DNA of 64,000 bases, taken from contig OZ296655.1 in NCBI GenBank assembly GCA_965655095.1, positions 81,344,001 to 81,408,000 on the forward strand, in the 5' to 3' direction. Position numbers and translations under genes: made by a program. The DNA comes from Haplodiscus bocki. Lineage: Eukaryota. Shown here piece after piece: positions 1 to 12,000 of this stretch; position 1 is the first letter of the stretch, and the number at the start of each line of letters is the position of its first letter. Under the pieces are notes generated by a model that worked only from the letters and a program-made list of their open reading frames with translations, was not told the DNA's origin and did not search any database.

Positions 1-748
1 ACAAGGCCAAAAATTGAAGGTAATATATTGAATGTTATGGATAAATCTACAGAAGAAGAAAACTTGGATCAAGCACTACAGACCAAAACAAAACAAAACA
101 AGTTAAAATAGCTGTCACATTTCTAACCGGTTATAACGGCACCTTTAATGTTACCAACAAAAATAATAAATTCTACTTCGCATAATCATTTACTGATTCA
201 GATGGTTTTATCCAAATAACTATTCCGGCGGGTGCTCAGAAACTCTAAATCTTGATTAATGAAACTAAGAGGAATATTTTTGAAGAAGTATATGTTACTG
301 AAGTAGAATATCTTTTTACAATTAAACCAGTTTTTGTAACAATTGGATCTATTAAAGAAATTTCCAGACAAAAGCCCTTGAATAGTTTTACTCCTGAAGA
401 TAGTATACGAGATCTATTAGGTGTTAATGGAGGCACAAAATATGAAGAATACATTTTATCAGATAATCCAGTTGAGTGTTATTCTTCGATATTATTTTCC
501 TCGAAACTAATATAGAGCAGGGAATGATTTACAAACGTAGAGGAACACGAATATTTCATAATTTTACAATGGATGTAGCTCCCGCGTATAAGTACATTGA
601 AGCATTTAGGGAAGGAGTGCAGTGGTATATTATGGAGTATAAAATTTTTTTTCCAAATATCAGATTCAAATTACAAAGAGAAAATGGAAATATAGTATTT
701 CTTAATGGTCATTGACTTACTTGCCGACTACCATTTGAAGAAGTTTGA
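1..748 (+). pseudogene. Penton / minor capsid protein (frameshifted)
   Basis: ORF pieces 252-515 (SIRDLLG...SDNPV) and 476-715 (IFLETNIEQGMIY...IFHNFTMDVAPAYKYIE...FKLQRENGNIVFLNG) resemble the C-terminal half of Polinton/adintovirus penton; lies directly upstream of the hexon. Confidence 0.7.
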
Positions 749-969
749 TTGTTTTAAATGCCTATGATAAGAATAAAAACCGGTTACCAAACAAAACTCA
801 AACCTAAAACACAAAATAAAAAAACTGAACCGCAAATAAAATGTCTTCGTTACCCCAAAATCTAGAAACATTTAAAAAAATATTTTTTCAGGAAATGGTT
901 TTAGAGTTTGACCAGTTTCTTTAACATTTTTAACGGTTCTTATACTATAAAAGAGTGCGGAAGATTTTC

Positions 970-2170
970 AATGAATAGATGAAGCAATATTTGACAATTC
1001 GATTTTAAAAGAGGATTTTAGTAAGTTATAGCAAGAGGGAGCTAATTTAAATGATTCTGATAAAACTTCGATTCCTTTTTTGGGCAAAGTATTAAGTATC
1101 GTCAGTTAGGTAACGCATATTTTCAATTTGTTTTGACTCTCTAGCAAGACGGTGATAGTTTTGTAAATGATACTAGATGTCGTTAGCTTGGTAGATAATG
1201 CATTTGCACATCCTTTCAAAGAATCTACCAGGGCAACTACTAGAGGCTCTGATATTGAGGTGAACAAAAATGTTAGAGAGTTTTCTACTATTATGAGTGT
1301 TTTAACGAGTAAAAACGGAGATTTTTCATCACGTTTCGACAAAACTAGTGACATAACATTAATAATACAACATTGAAAGGAACACTGATTGATAACCAAA
1401 CAATTCAAGCAAATAAAGGGAAAATATTCTTTCAATTAGCATTAGAACACATTTTTGGATTTTGCAAAACATTTTAAAAAGTAACAAGAAATTTAGGTTC
1501 GCATATAACTTCGAAAACAAAAGATTTGCAAGATTTTGTTTATATTACTCTTTCACAGGCTACAATCATTTATGTAACATTAGACAAATTACATCTCTTT
1601 GTACCAAATTTTATACCAAGTCCGGACACACAAGTAACTTTCAAAGCATCAAAAAAACCTTTTTGTCCTACCATTCGATTCTTGGACTACCGATGGAAAG
1701 GTAATTAGGACATCAGAATATCAACTCCATGTAGGATCAACCGTGAAAATTAACCGTCCAAAATTTTTAATAGGTGCACATCAGACTCTAGTTAGTACTA
1801 GGTTCGCCAACAAAGCAATTAATGTATTAGGTTTCGATCAGGATGATATTAGAAAATACTTTGTAGAAATATATAGAATAAGATATCCTGAAGATTCTAT
1901 TTATCTCAATTACGCTACCAATGGTTATCTCGACCAATACAGAGATCTCAATTTTTTTTCTGAAGAATATGCTAAAGAACCACTATTGACACCACCTATA
2001 ACATATACTGATTTGAAAAAAGCTATTCAACTCAAGTCATTGATTTAAGATATCAAGTAGATCATGTGAACCATAAGAAACTTCAACTATTCGAACAATA
2101 GAGAGATGATACTGATAATGTTCATTCCGATGCAGGATTCTTTACTAATTTAATAAGACGTTCACCCTAA
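970..2170 (+). pseudogene. Hexon / double jelly-roll major capsid protein (frameshifted)
   Basis: Fragments LVDNAFAHPFKE...GSDIEVNK...STIMSVLTSK (1167-1376), LHLFVPNFIPSPDTQ (1526-1708) and RPKFLIGAHQ...YFVEIYRIRYP...YLDQYRDL (1743-2048) match my recollection of adintovirus-type MCP motifs. Confidence 0.75.
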
Positions 2171-2199
2171 AAGATTTCACGCAAAAATAAATTTTCAAG

Positions 2200-2545
2200 G
2201 ATAACATCAGGAGTGAAAGTGATTTGCAAAAAGCTTATAACGATCATATATATTCCGGAGATTCCCCAATAATAAAGGATTCGTAAATGATCACAATTGA
2301 GAACAAGGGGGTACCCATTGGACTTGTTTTTACAAAAGATACTAAATCGTTTTACTTTGACTCATTTGTTGGACAACCTGATAACGTTTTACTTCAACAA
2401 AAACCACAGTCAATCATTTTTCATATTTAATAAAATCAAGATATCAATAGTAGACTATGTGGGTTTATTTTGTTTATACTTTTCTTACCTATCAGAAAAA
2501 ATGGATTATTACAACGCTGTTTTGAAAATTTTTTTAGTTAAATGA
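2200..2545 (+). pseudogene. Adenain-type cysteine maturation protease (frameshifted)
   Basis: Read across frameshifts: QGGTHWTC (catalytic His), YFDSF (Asp), QDINSRLCGLFCLYF (oxyanion Gln, catalytic Cys), in the order typical of adenoviral/Polinton proteases. Confidence 0.8.
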
Positions 2546-3830
2546 AGGCCTAGGAAGGTATTTGGTAGTACCTCACCGGTTATTACAAAAATTTAAAGTG
2601 AAACATCTTTTTTGTGCAAAAAACAAACTTAAGACCTAACTACTTCGATAGTAAAATGGAATAAAATATTGACATGAAAAGTCAATTTAGAATCAGAAAT
2701 ATACCTTGTCTTGTAGAAAATAGAGACGCTGTTTGTAACTCATATGTTGAAAGTAATGTTTATCATCCAAGCTCATAAAGAAACTCAGCACAAGTTGACT
2801 TCAACGACAAAAATCTCGATAATGTACGTTTTGTCAAAATAAATTGCCTACCAGCCGGTCGAGAGCATTTAGAACCTAAGTTGTATGTTGATAGTGCAAT
2901 TTCTAATAGCGTAGGTGAATCATCTTTCATAAGAACAGACCTTGATGAAAATTTGAAACTAGATAAACACGAGTCTATAACAATTAACTCTACTTTAACA
3001 TGACCAAAACCAAAAATAGAATTACCTGCCAAAGCTTATGTTGATTCCTTATCTCAAAACGATAGAAAAAGAAGAAACATGTCTACAAGTTTCAGTTATC
3101 ACGATATTCAATCTGCTAATAAGGAGTTAACAAAGTTAGATATTATTAGTGTTAATGGAAGCCCTACTCCAGATGGCGAACCCTCAACTAAAAAATATAT
3201 TGATGATGATTTATTTAAAAATACTTCTCTCAGATTTATTGAAACAATACAGAACTGTCTCAAGAAATCAACCGGAATAGATATTTATAAACTCACTTAA
3301 TATGATTGATTGCAAATTGTAGAAACAACATTTATTAAAAACCCAAACCAAGGAGGACATCTCTTACAACAATGCAACAAAAAAGTAATGATAAAAAAAA
3401 TAATGAAAAAACACAAAAAATTTAATAGCATCCAAATCATTTTCTACTAATAGTAAGTGGGCCTCACAACGTTTCCTCCATTCGGCGATAGTTTTATGTA
3501 TATCGAAACACCAGTTTGGGTAATTCGGCTGATGAAAAAGTTTTAGTTAGTTTTGAAAGAACATATAATATTCAAAGTAGTAATGTTACTTAATATTAGG
3601 ATCGATTCTCAAATTTAACTAATGATTCTGTGTAATCGATGGGCCGCTCTAGATTTCGACTGCTATTAATTGATAATACGCGGAGTACACGATATCATAT
3701 ACCAAAAAGTATAGATACAGTAGTTCATCAACACAAGGGACTTTAGTTTTTAATATAGAATTATATGGTATTAAATTAATTTATGACCGAATAGATACAT
3801 CTCATGCAGACATGTGCATTAGTATGTTTC
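2542..3830 (+). pseudogene. Fibre-like repeat protein
   Basis: Four roughly 35-aa units ending in (K/S)xY(V/I)(D/E): DAVCNSYVE, LEPKLYVD, LPAKAYVD, PSTKKYIDD; N-terminal VFG motif. Confidence 0.5.
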
Positions 3831-4328
3831 TTTCCATTAATTTTTTTCTGTTTGTTGATAGTAAGTGAATCATCTAATGTTTTTAAAAAGTTTGTTTGGA
3901 TCAAAAACAGATTCTAAAAATTTAGTATTACTATTGTTTATAATTAAAATTGATGTGGATTTATTAAAAAAAGTGGTTTTTATGGAAATGATATTATGCG
4001 TCTTTGTGTAGAGTTTACAAAAATTTTGAATGAACAAAATGAAGACTATGTTGAATATATAAAGGACGAAGAAGAGTCAATTTTTGAAAATAATTTTAAA
4101 AAGTAAATGGAGGTTCATTATGCTACGATATTTGAAGATGTTAGACATGAAAGGTTGTTAATGGTTTTACTATCATCAAGGAATCGTTATGTATTGAAAC
4201 AAAGCAAATTTATGGATCATGAAAAAATTATGAAAAAAATCTTGCTTTAGAAAGTTACATGGACGGAAAGTATTGAAAAAATACATTGCTGTACATTTAT
4301 TAGAAAGGTATTTTCTGGTCAATAATTC

Positions 4329-4860
4329 ATGCCCCATCCAAAATTGAAAATTGAAGATCAACATTTATTGAAATTGACAACCAATCATAATGAATTTGAG
4401 GAATTGAAAAAGAAAACAGAAAAACACGCTTTTGAAAATATTTCGAAAACTCTTAAAATTGACAATCATTATTATAGAGAGAGATATATAACTTTTACAA
4501 AAAGAAAATATTCCTATTTTTTCTTGATTTCCAATAGAATCAGGTTCTACTAAAGTATTTTCTACAGTATCAGTCGTTAATCCTAGTATTGCTATTCCTA
4601 TAGCTAGTAGTTCTACGTTAATTACATCAATAGCTATTTTAATCACAAATGAGTATACTTCAGAATGAAGAATACAATATACCAAATACGAGAATTGATA
4701 ACCAATTGGTCCACTATAAGAAAACAATCGATGATAGATGAAGAACTTGATGAAGAAGAAGCACAGAAATTAGAAAAGAAACAATTATTATCTCGATATT
4801 CGAGCTGAAATAATGAAGAAAACTCAGTTCAAAGTTTTAGACGTTTTTAAAATTATAAAT
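4329..4860 (+). pseudogene. Small membrane-associated virion protein (coiled coil plus hydrophobic segment)
   Basis: Charged N-terminus (ORF 4329-4553), then hydrophobic STVSVVNPSIAIPIASSSTLITSIAILITNEY in a shifted frame. Confidence 0.5.
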
Positions 4861-5289
4861 AAATGTTTACTTGTAAAAAAGTAACTAGTTAAAGGATTTG
4901 TTAGCCAATATGATGTGATTTTTATTATTAGTAAAAAACTGAATTTGTTTAGGCCTAGAAAAAAATTTATACAGATTTTATGGCGAGTGCACCTCCTGGC
5001 TACGAAAACAATTTTGTTAATTTGAACGGACTCAAACCAAACTTATTGTTTGGGAGGGCGACACATTGCTAATATGGTCAACGTAATCGAAAATGAAAAA
5101 ATTAACGAAAACAAAGATATTCGTTAAATTTCGAAAAGGAAAATGTGTAATTTGTGATTGAAATAAATCTCGGATCTTTACTAAGTGAAAAACTATAGGA
5201 GAAGATTTTCAGAACAAAGTGAAATGTAAATTGAGCATTGTAGCTTTATGTCGATTCTAGCATTGTGTGATTTGATTAGCAATTGCAGC

Positions 5290-5622
5290 GTTTGGAAGAT
5301 GTACGTTATGCGTCGTAAGAGTGGATGTAATTGTCAAAAACAATCAACATTTTCTCCAGAACGAAACCAGCCTGAAGGAGTTGGACTTCAAAATAATTTA
5401 CAGAATTATTTAGAAAACCCAAACAGCTCAGAACTATTTTCAAAGCTTGTGGTTAAGGTAGCGGCTCCATTTATTGGACAGGCTGTTGATGCTAAAACAA
5501 AAAATCCGCAGGTTGGGCTAGCTAAGATTAAAAGTTTGAGATCAATCAATGGAAGAAAGCTATTCAGCTTTATCGAAATGCACAGTATCGGTTCAAGAGC
5601 GAAACTTTGTAATTTTAGTTGA
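5290..5622 (+). pseudogene. Putative basic core protein precursor
   Basis: N-terminal Cys pairs, EGVG (protease-site-like) and AAPFIGQAVDAKTKNPQVG segment in ORF 5248-5622. Confidence 0.4.
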
Positions 5623-5639
5623 AATTGTCTTTCATAAAA

Positions 5640-6265
5640 AAATTGGGCAGGTGCATTAAAGATTTCTTTGATTATAATTTATTGAAAGGATGTCGATGTA
5701 AAACGGTTTGTTTGAAATTGAACTTTCTTAAAGATTCAAAATTTATGGATGGATTACAGTCTAAATGTAAATCTGGTGCCAATGATTGCAACAAAAATTT
5801 TTGAAACAAAAATCCTTGTTTACTACTGATTCTTCGGAAAAAATTTAAAGTTGAAAATTGGGAAAAAATGAACGAATTTATCAAAAACAAAATGAAAACA
5901 GATTTACACTTTGAATTAGCCGGGTATATGAGAAATCTGATTAAAAAAAGCTTACAAATCTTAGATTTTTACAAAGCGAAAAAAATTTTTGATTCAGTTG
6001 GATGTTCTCATTCATTTTTCGAAAATTGGATTACTCATCAAATATTGGTAATTTGAGTTTAGATAATTTTGGTTCTGTTTGGTGTATCGATCATTGCTTC
6101 TCAGTAGCAGCTACCAATAATTTAAATCAAAAAGAAATGAAGAAATCTTTCAATTGTACCATTTTACGACTTATGTATACAAGTGATAACAACTCGGAAA
6201 AAACCAAATTTAATCTCCAGCTAAATCTGCTACAAGAAATAAAGCCAAATGTTTTTCGACACTAA
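5640..6265 (+). pseudogene. HNH / endonuclease VII-like nuclease (prasinovirus type), frameshifted
   Basis: N-terminal CRC...DGLQSKCK, then VGCSHSFFENWI and NFGSVWCIDHCF...FNCTILRLMY..DN..K (WxIDH...N motif). Confidence 0.65.
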
Positions 6266-6269
6266 TTGA

Positions 6270-7100
6270 AGAGGGACCTAACTAAGATCTTCATTAAGGA
6301 AATACATAGTAAACCAATCAGAAAAACTATCCTACATTTAGAACATTATACAATCATATCGATGAAACCAAGAGAGTTCACTTGTTGGATTTGAACAACT
6401 ATAAACCATCACAAAAGAGAAGATATGTTTATAATCTGGTAGTGACTGATATTTTGAGAAACAAATAAAGTCAAAAATTATTAGATCAATTTTCAAAAGT
6501 AGTTACTATTTCAGGACGAAAACCTAATACAATAGAATCTGGTAGAGGAACAATGTTATATATAATTTGACAATATTTTTCAAAACTTCTTAAAATTCAA
6601 AAAAATACTAATCTTTTTCTCGTTATTCCGATAAAACGCCTTCGATAGCAACCAATTCAATAGAATTTTCAGGAGTTCACTAAAAAAATCCAGTCTTGCA
6701 AGCAGGAAACGCTTCATGGATAACCGAATTACCAACATTCATAGAGAAATATAACAAAACTATTCACAGCTCAACAAAAAAGACGACAATCTATGGATCT
6801 AAAACATTAAATGAAAATTTCTTTTTGAATCTACAAGATAAAAGACACAGAAAGTAAACTGAAATATAATCTTGGAGTTTCAGTTGGAAATGCGGATATT
6901 GAAAAAACTTTTTCGAAATGAGATAGATGAAATTGGTCATAAAAATTATATACAATCACCGAAGGCAAACACGATACAATTCCATCATATAGAATCAACT
7001 ATATTCCCGGAGGACACATTGAAAACCTTTCAAAACCAACAAAAATCAACTTTAGAAGAAAATATTCCAGTCATGAAAAAACTAATTTTTTTGATTTAAA
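6270..7100 (+). pseudogene. Polinton-type retroviral-like (rve) integrase, degenerate
   Basis: Reconstructed EIHSKPIRK.YPT...YNHIDE...LLDL...LVVTD...RKPNTIESGRG...WITELP..IEKYNKTIHSSTK; catalytic motifs damaged. Confidence 0.7.
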
Positions 7101-7109
7101 GTAGAAGTT

Positions 7110-8310
7110 TTAGATGATGATTGCCGAAGACAAAAATTTTCAGCGATATGTCAAACAATGCGTGCATTGTATGCGTAGCACACTTCTACCCTATCAATAA
7201 GAGTGGACGTGGTTTTTACGTGGTTATAACATCACTAAGAAGGAAAGTGAACTAACAAAAAGACAACGAAAAATAGGAACTTTTATCAATCGCCTAAAAC
7301 ATGCTGGAGAAAAGATATTATGGAAAGATATAGATGTGTAAAAACTTTTACGAAAGCACAAAATTTCAATGTTTTTGTCAACAATGAAATTAAATGGTTA
7401 AAATGAAATAATTGAAAAATATAATAATATGAAAGATGATTTGAATGAAAATGTTCTTCTTGTACAGCAAGAGTTAAGTTTAGAATCAGATCTGGTAGTA
7501 TCAGATCACTTAAATAAAAGGCACTTTCTGATGGAAAGCATGAAAACATGAATTATTTCGACTGAATAACATCTGTTTTGTACGCTTTGAAAGAAATATC
7601 TGAAAAACGGAATACTGCGTAGAGGTAAAAGACAAACAATGTTTTCTTCATCCCACCAAAAACATTTCATTAGGAGAAGGTACAGATCTAAAAAGTTTAA
7701 GAACTCAAAATCGAGGGATTAACGACACAAAAAGAGGAAAAACGACAGAAGTTGCTAAAGTTGAAAATATTGGAAGTCGAAAAAAAAGTTAAAAAGCCAA
7801 AAATTTATGTGGAATGTCCGCGATGTAAAAATCGAAGTTGGATTCACTTTGATGAAGGAATAATTTCTCAGAAATTTGAGTTTAAAGTTTTTAAGCAAAA
7901 ACATCAGATAGATAAAAAAGTACTTGGACGAGATAAATAATTTTCTATTAGACTACCGTATGCAAACAAAAAGAATAAGAAAAAAAATTCTCTATCATGA
8001 ATACAAAGTATAGAACCATAAAAGAATTGACTATAAAACTGCAGAATTTAAAAGGAAAGTTAAAATTAAAAATTCAGAAAAATATAAGCGATTATTATTA
8101 ACAATTGTATCATATGAGGCAAAGTTATACTCTTTTTTCTATAGAAGAGCCTTTCAGTAGAAATGCTCACGGTAGAGCTTTTGCAATGCATGAAGCTTTG
8201 TTTTTAATATACTTTCTGCAGACAAATCGTCAGATTAGAGAGAAAAATATTTAAATTTTTATGATTCGTATTATACTATCAATAAAAACTTATCAGATCA
8301 GGAATGAGCA
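7110..8310 (+). pseudogene. Several small accessory ORFs with CxxC zinc-ribbon motifs
   Basis: CVHC near 7160 and ECPRCKNRSW in ORF 7752-7940; otherwise unrecognised. Confidence 0.3.
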
Positions 8311-8319
8311 AGTTGAGAT

Positions 8320-9474
8320 GTCAGCTAAAAATCAATTCAACCAAATAGATGGAGACGCAAAAAGAAAAAGCCACAGATGTAAAGTTTGTATTTTGATACT
8401 CTTAGAGATTCATATGTAAAACATTTGAAAAGTGAAAGATTTTTAGAAAATTGAAGAAATAATTCCTCTAACTTTTTGAACAAAACTACAACAATCAATA
8501 TAACTAAACAAAGTATATATAACCTTAAATATTGAAGAGGAATAGCAAAAAAAGCACTTGAAATAGATGAAGAACAACTGAATTAGGAAATTGCTAAAAA
8601 AGAATAATCCTTATTAGTTTGCTCACAGAGTATTGAAAGCTGAATAAAATAATAATTTAGTTAGTCATCATCATATTCATATAAGTTCTGCATCATCCAT
8701 TTCATATTAATCGTATAAATTCTGATTTATCCATTTCATCAAAACAAGTCGAAATTGAACAAATACATGTCAATTATATAGTGGAGGAAATGTCTAATAC
8801 ATATGCCAGGTTAACAAATCAATATAATATAAATATCAAACAGTGTTTTCGGCAAGATTCGATAAACAGGTTGGAGATGATCGAGTAATGGATCAGATTG
8901 ACTTATATAGTATTTTTTGATCAATAATAAAAATCTAACAGAGTACAATAAGGATGTTATTGATGTTAGATTGCATCTAGAACAACAGATTTAGAATCAA
9001 GAGATAAAAGATATTGGTTAAGAAATTGATGAAACTATTTCAATGGAATCAATATTCCTTAAAACTACTGAATTGAATGTATCAAACTAGGTAAAATTCC
9101 AAGAGGAACTTCACCTATCTCAAGTTTCAAGGAAAATGATAAGTATTGTTTCCTTTGATTTTTATCAGCTCTTCTTTATCCTTGTGAAAAGATTTATTCT
9201 AATGGAATACCGAAATATAGACAAACTTTTGATGATCTAAACAATGTTGGACTGGATTTTTGGATTTATATGTAGTGCTACTCATATATTTGAGGGACTA
9301 AAAAATTCACCTTTAAACGTATTTGAATTAAACGTTTAACAAGTTGAGAATGAAAGAAACAAAAATTAATCGCTATTGAAACCACTAAGAACAAATCAGA
9401 TAAAGTTTTTGATTTATTGATGAATTAAAAATCAATATGTTCTCTTTAAAAACTAATACGTATTTTAGGTATAT
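8320..9474 (+). pseudogene. N-terminal part of protein-primed DNA polymerase B (pPolB), cut by gap
   Basis: N-terminal C2H2-like finger, KYQTVFSARFDKQ, IDVRLHLEQQI, NDKYCFL(W)..SA.LYP and LNVFELN blocks typical of the Polinton/adintovirus PolB N-terminal region; the polymerase core is not visible. Confidence 0.6.
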
Positions 9475-9674
9475 NNNNNNNNNNNNNNNNNNNNNNNNNN
9501 NNNNNNNNNNNNNNNNNNNNNNNNNNNNNNNNNNNNNNNNNNNNNNNNNNNNNNNNNNNNNNNNNNNNNNNNNNNNNNNNNNNNNNNNNNNNNNNNNNNN
9601 NNNNNNNNNNNNNNNNNNNNNNNNNNNNNNNNNNNNNNNNNNNNNNNNNNNNNNNNNNNNNNNNNNNNNNNNNN
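9475..9674. other. Assembly gap (200 N)
   Basis: Run of N. Confidence 1.
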
Positions 9675-11229
9675 CACCTTGGTAAATAATAAAAATGGGA
9701 GTTTTCAATTTTCCGAAAAAACCGTTGAACGGTATTCTTTAGAAAAAAATATGGTCGATCGAAACTTTCATAGAAGAAACGGAAGGTTGATCTGACTGGT
9801 ATCAAGAGCGTTTATTAGAAAGAACATTTCAAACAAACAGGCACTTTTTGAAACTTACCGTTCTGAGGATCTAAAAACAATCTTGAAAAATTGAGTAGCA
9901 AAATACAAGTACATAAACGTCGACTGAGACAATGATTGAAGAAACGTAGCCTGTAGTTTTCGCAAACTTTTGATTTGAAAAGCGAAAAATATTAACCCTA
10001 TTTGCACTTTTCGGTTAAATCTAGCCATGATGGTTCCATTACAGAAATCGGTATGGAAGTTTTTCTACCCAAGGATGTTTTGCTGAGTTAAAAACTGTCG
10101 ATTGAGACCTTGCTGGGAAAAATTTAGCTGGTAGTTTTGCGAGAAAAATGTCTTCACTATCAAGGTTGACCATACCTAAGGACAATTCCAAGGTCAGAGT
10201 CGTTCTATTTCAAAAGTCATATAGCAAAAAGAATTTTAACACCTTTTTACAAGGTTAAAATAGAGGTTTGAAAAAGTTTAGCGTTGAATTTCGTTTTAAA
10301 AAACAAATGTCTATTTTTTTGGCGTTGTTGTTCCTTGTCTCGAATGCTACAGTCCTTGGATAACGTGGAAAAATGTTGATTTGTGCTACCATGGAAAAAG
10401 TTCATAGGTTTGTCTGGAGAAAATGATTTTGAGTATTGAGAATAACAATTACCATACGTTCTTCAAACCATGTCTTAATCTAAGGATTTTGAATCCTACG
10501 CAACGACGTGTTCCAAAAAGTTTAACCAATTGCTTTTTTTAATTTTTGAGACCCAGACAGGGAAACAGTACACAGGTATTCCGGGAAAATTTCTAAGGAA
10601 AACAACTCAAAATTTCAAAGAGGATATCATTTTTTAGAGGGACAATATATTTTCCTGATAGGTGAAAAGTGTTGAAAGTTTAAAATTTTTTGCTAATTTT
10701 TCTATAATCTGGAACACAATTACTTGATTCAGTTGTCTGGGAAAACGGAATTTTTTCGGTAAACAAAAAAATCCCGAAATTTAAAAAAAATTGGGAAAAG
10801 GGAATTCAAAATGTACAAAAGGTTCAAGAAACCTAAAAGCAGGTGGTGAATCAATCAGCGAGTTTCAAGTTAGGTTTACTTATGTGTACAATAGAAGAAA
10901 CTAATGATAGTGCAACACGAAGTCTGCATGAGATTTGCAAACTTCTCGAAATAGCAAGAAACTGCACTATAGAAATGACTATTTTCTTTTCAAAAAATTA
11001 TACACGGAAACTAAATACCGGTGAGAACCTATCAGAGTCGACCTTGTTTACCTGCTTGACGCAAACAAAATTAGTAAAGAATAGGAGGGTGCCACAAAAA
11101 TCTCAAAAACTTTTTGTATCATGTTATCACAGTACGGAGAAAGAAAAGATGGAGCCCTTTTGTCACTAATGGAATTTTCGAGTCTTTTTGCCCTGTCTAC
11201 TTAACCCGTGCGAAATAATTGGTGTACCA

Positions 11230-11560
11230 TAGAAAAACGATATCACGAAGACATGTCCAAAACTCCTAGTCTCCCTGAAAAAAGTTCAAGAAGTGGCTCT
11301 TTTGGTGTTTTCGAATGTTTCTGATACGAAAAACGTATGCGAAACTGCGCTAACACCCTTTTTACCAGAATTTTTTTCTCTGACGGTACCGAATTTTTCT
11401 GTAGTGGAACCTTTATGTGTTTATGAAATTCCTCGGTATCGGACAACAATGTGCATAATATGATGTTTCACAAATTTATGTAGAAAAAAAATTGTCTCAC
11501 AGCGTGAAAAGTCTGCGTAAGAGGGATTTTTTTGTGCTCCTGAGTGCCTGCCTCTGATTG
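11230..11560. repeat. Degenerate tandem/satellite-like repeat
   Basis: Recurring tctcacag/tctgacggtaccgaa...ctt...gtgttt...ttc.ggtatcg blocks at roughly 100-130 bp spacing. Confidence 0.35.
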
Positions 11561-11821
11561 GAACAGATTGTACTGGCTTGTTTCGAAATTTCACGTCAAG
11601 GGAAGCACTTGGTAAAAAATGTAGAAAAAGATGTTGTAATTTTGGACTTGATCAGAAGAAAAAGAATAGTTTTAGAAAGCAAAGTAGCTAAAAAGTCAGC
11701 AGTTTAATTCAAGGAGCACCGACTGAAAACTGGCAAAAATTATTACTTTGTTAGAAGTAGAAAGGAAATATTCCTCACAAATTGAAATCGCAAAATAGAA
11801 GTTAAAAAAACATAGGTATAT

Positions 11822-12000
11822 GCTAGAAATCGACGCCATATCTTGCGCTTCAGAACGCCAATGACCTACCCACTGTGCCAGGAGACTCATTAGAAATTTT
11901 GACAAATGTGAGTAAAAATTCAAAAGGTATTTGTCACAACAGAGCCTCGAACACTAATCCACTGCTTGAGAAACTTTTGTCCTAACCTAACTGCTGATGT
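11822..12000 (-). pseudogene. tRNA-derived (SINE-head-like) relic, possibly dimeric
   Basis: Minus strand TGGCACAGTGG (A-box), TTCTGAA loop and a decayed B-box; a second GTTCGA B-box-like motif near 11945. Confidence 0.35.

Larger units (their letters stand above)
1..9474 (+). mobile_element. Degenerate Adintovirus/Polinton-like endogenous viral element (truncated by window start and N gap)
   Basis: Collinear plus-strand fragments of penton, hexon, adenain protease, rve integrase and pPolB N-terminus; all have stops and frameshifts; very AT-rich. Confidence 0.85.

Noticed and set aside
2545-2590. Apparent duplicate of the AGGCCTAG...SAPPGY motif at 4950-5010
   Set aside because: Match is short; it reads better as the VFGSTS N-terminus of the fibre-like gene.
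9385-9805. ORFs spanning the first gap (and 20400-20714 over the second)
   Set aside because: Artefacts of N runs.
9991-10260. TTAACCCT as a piggyBac terminus
   Set aside because: No convincing matching inverted end found.
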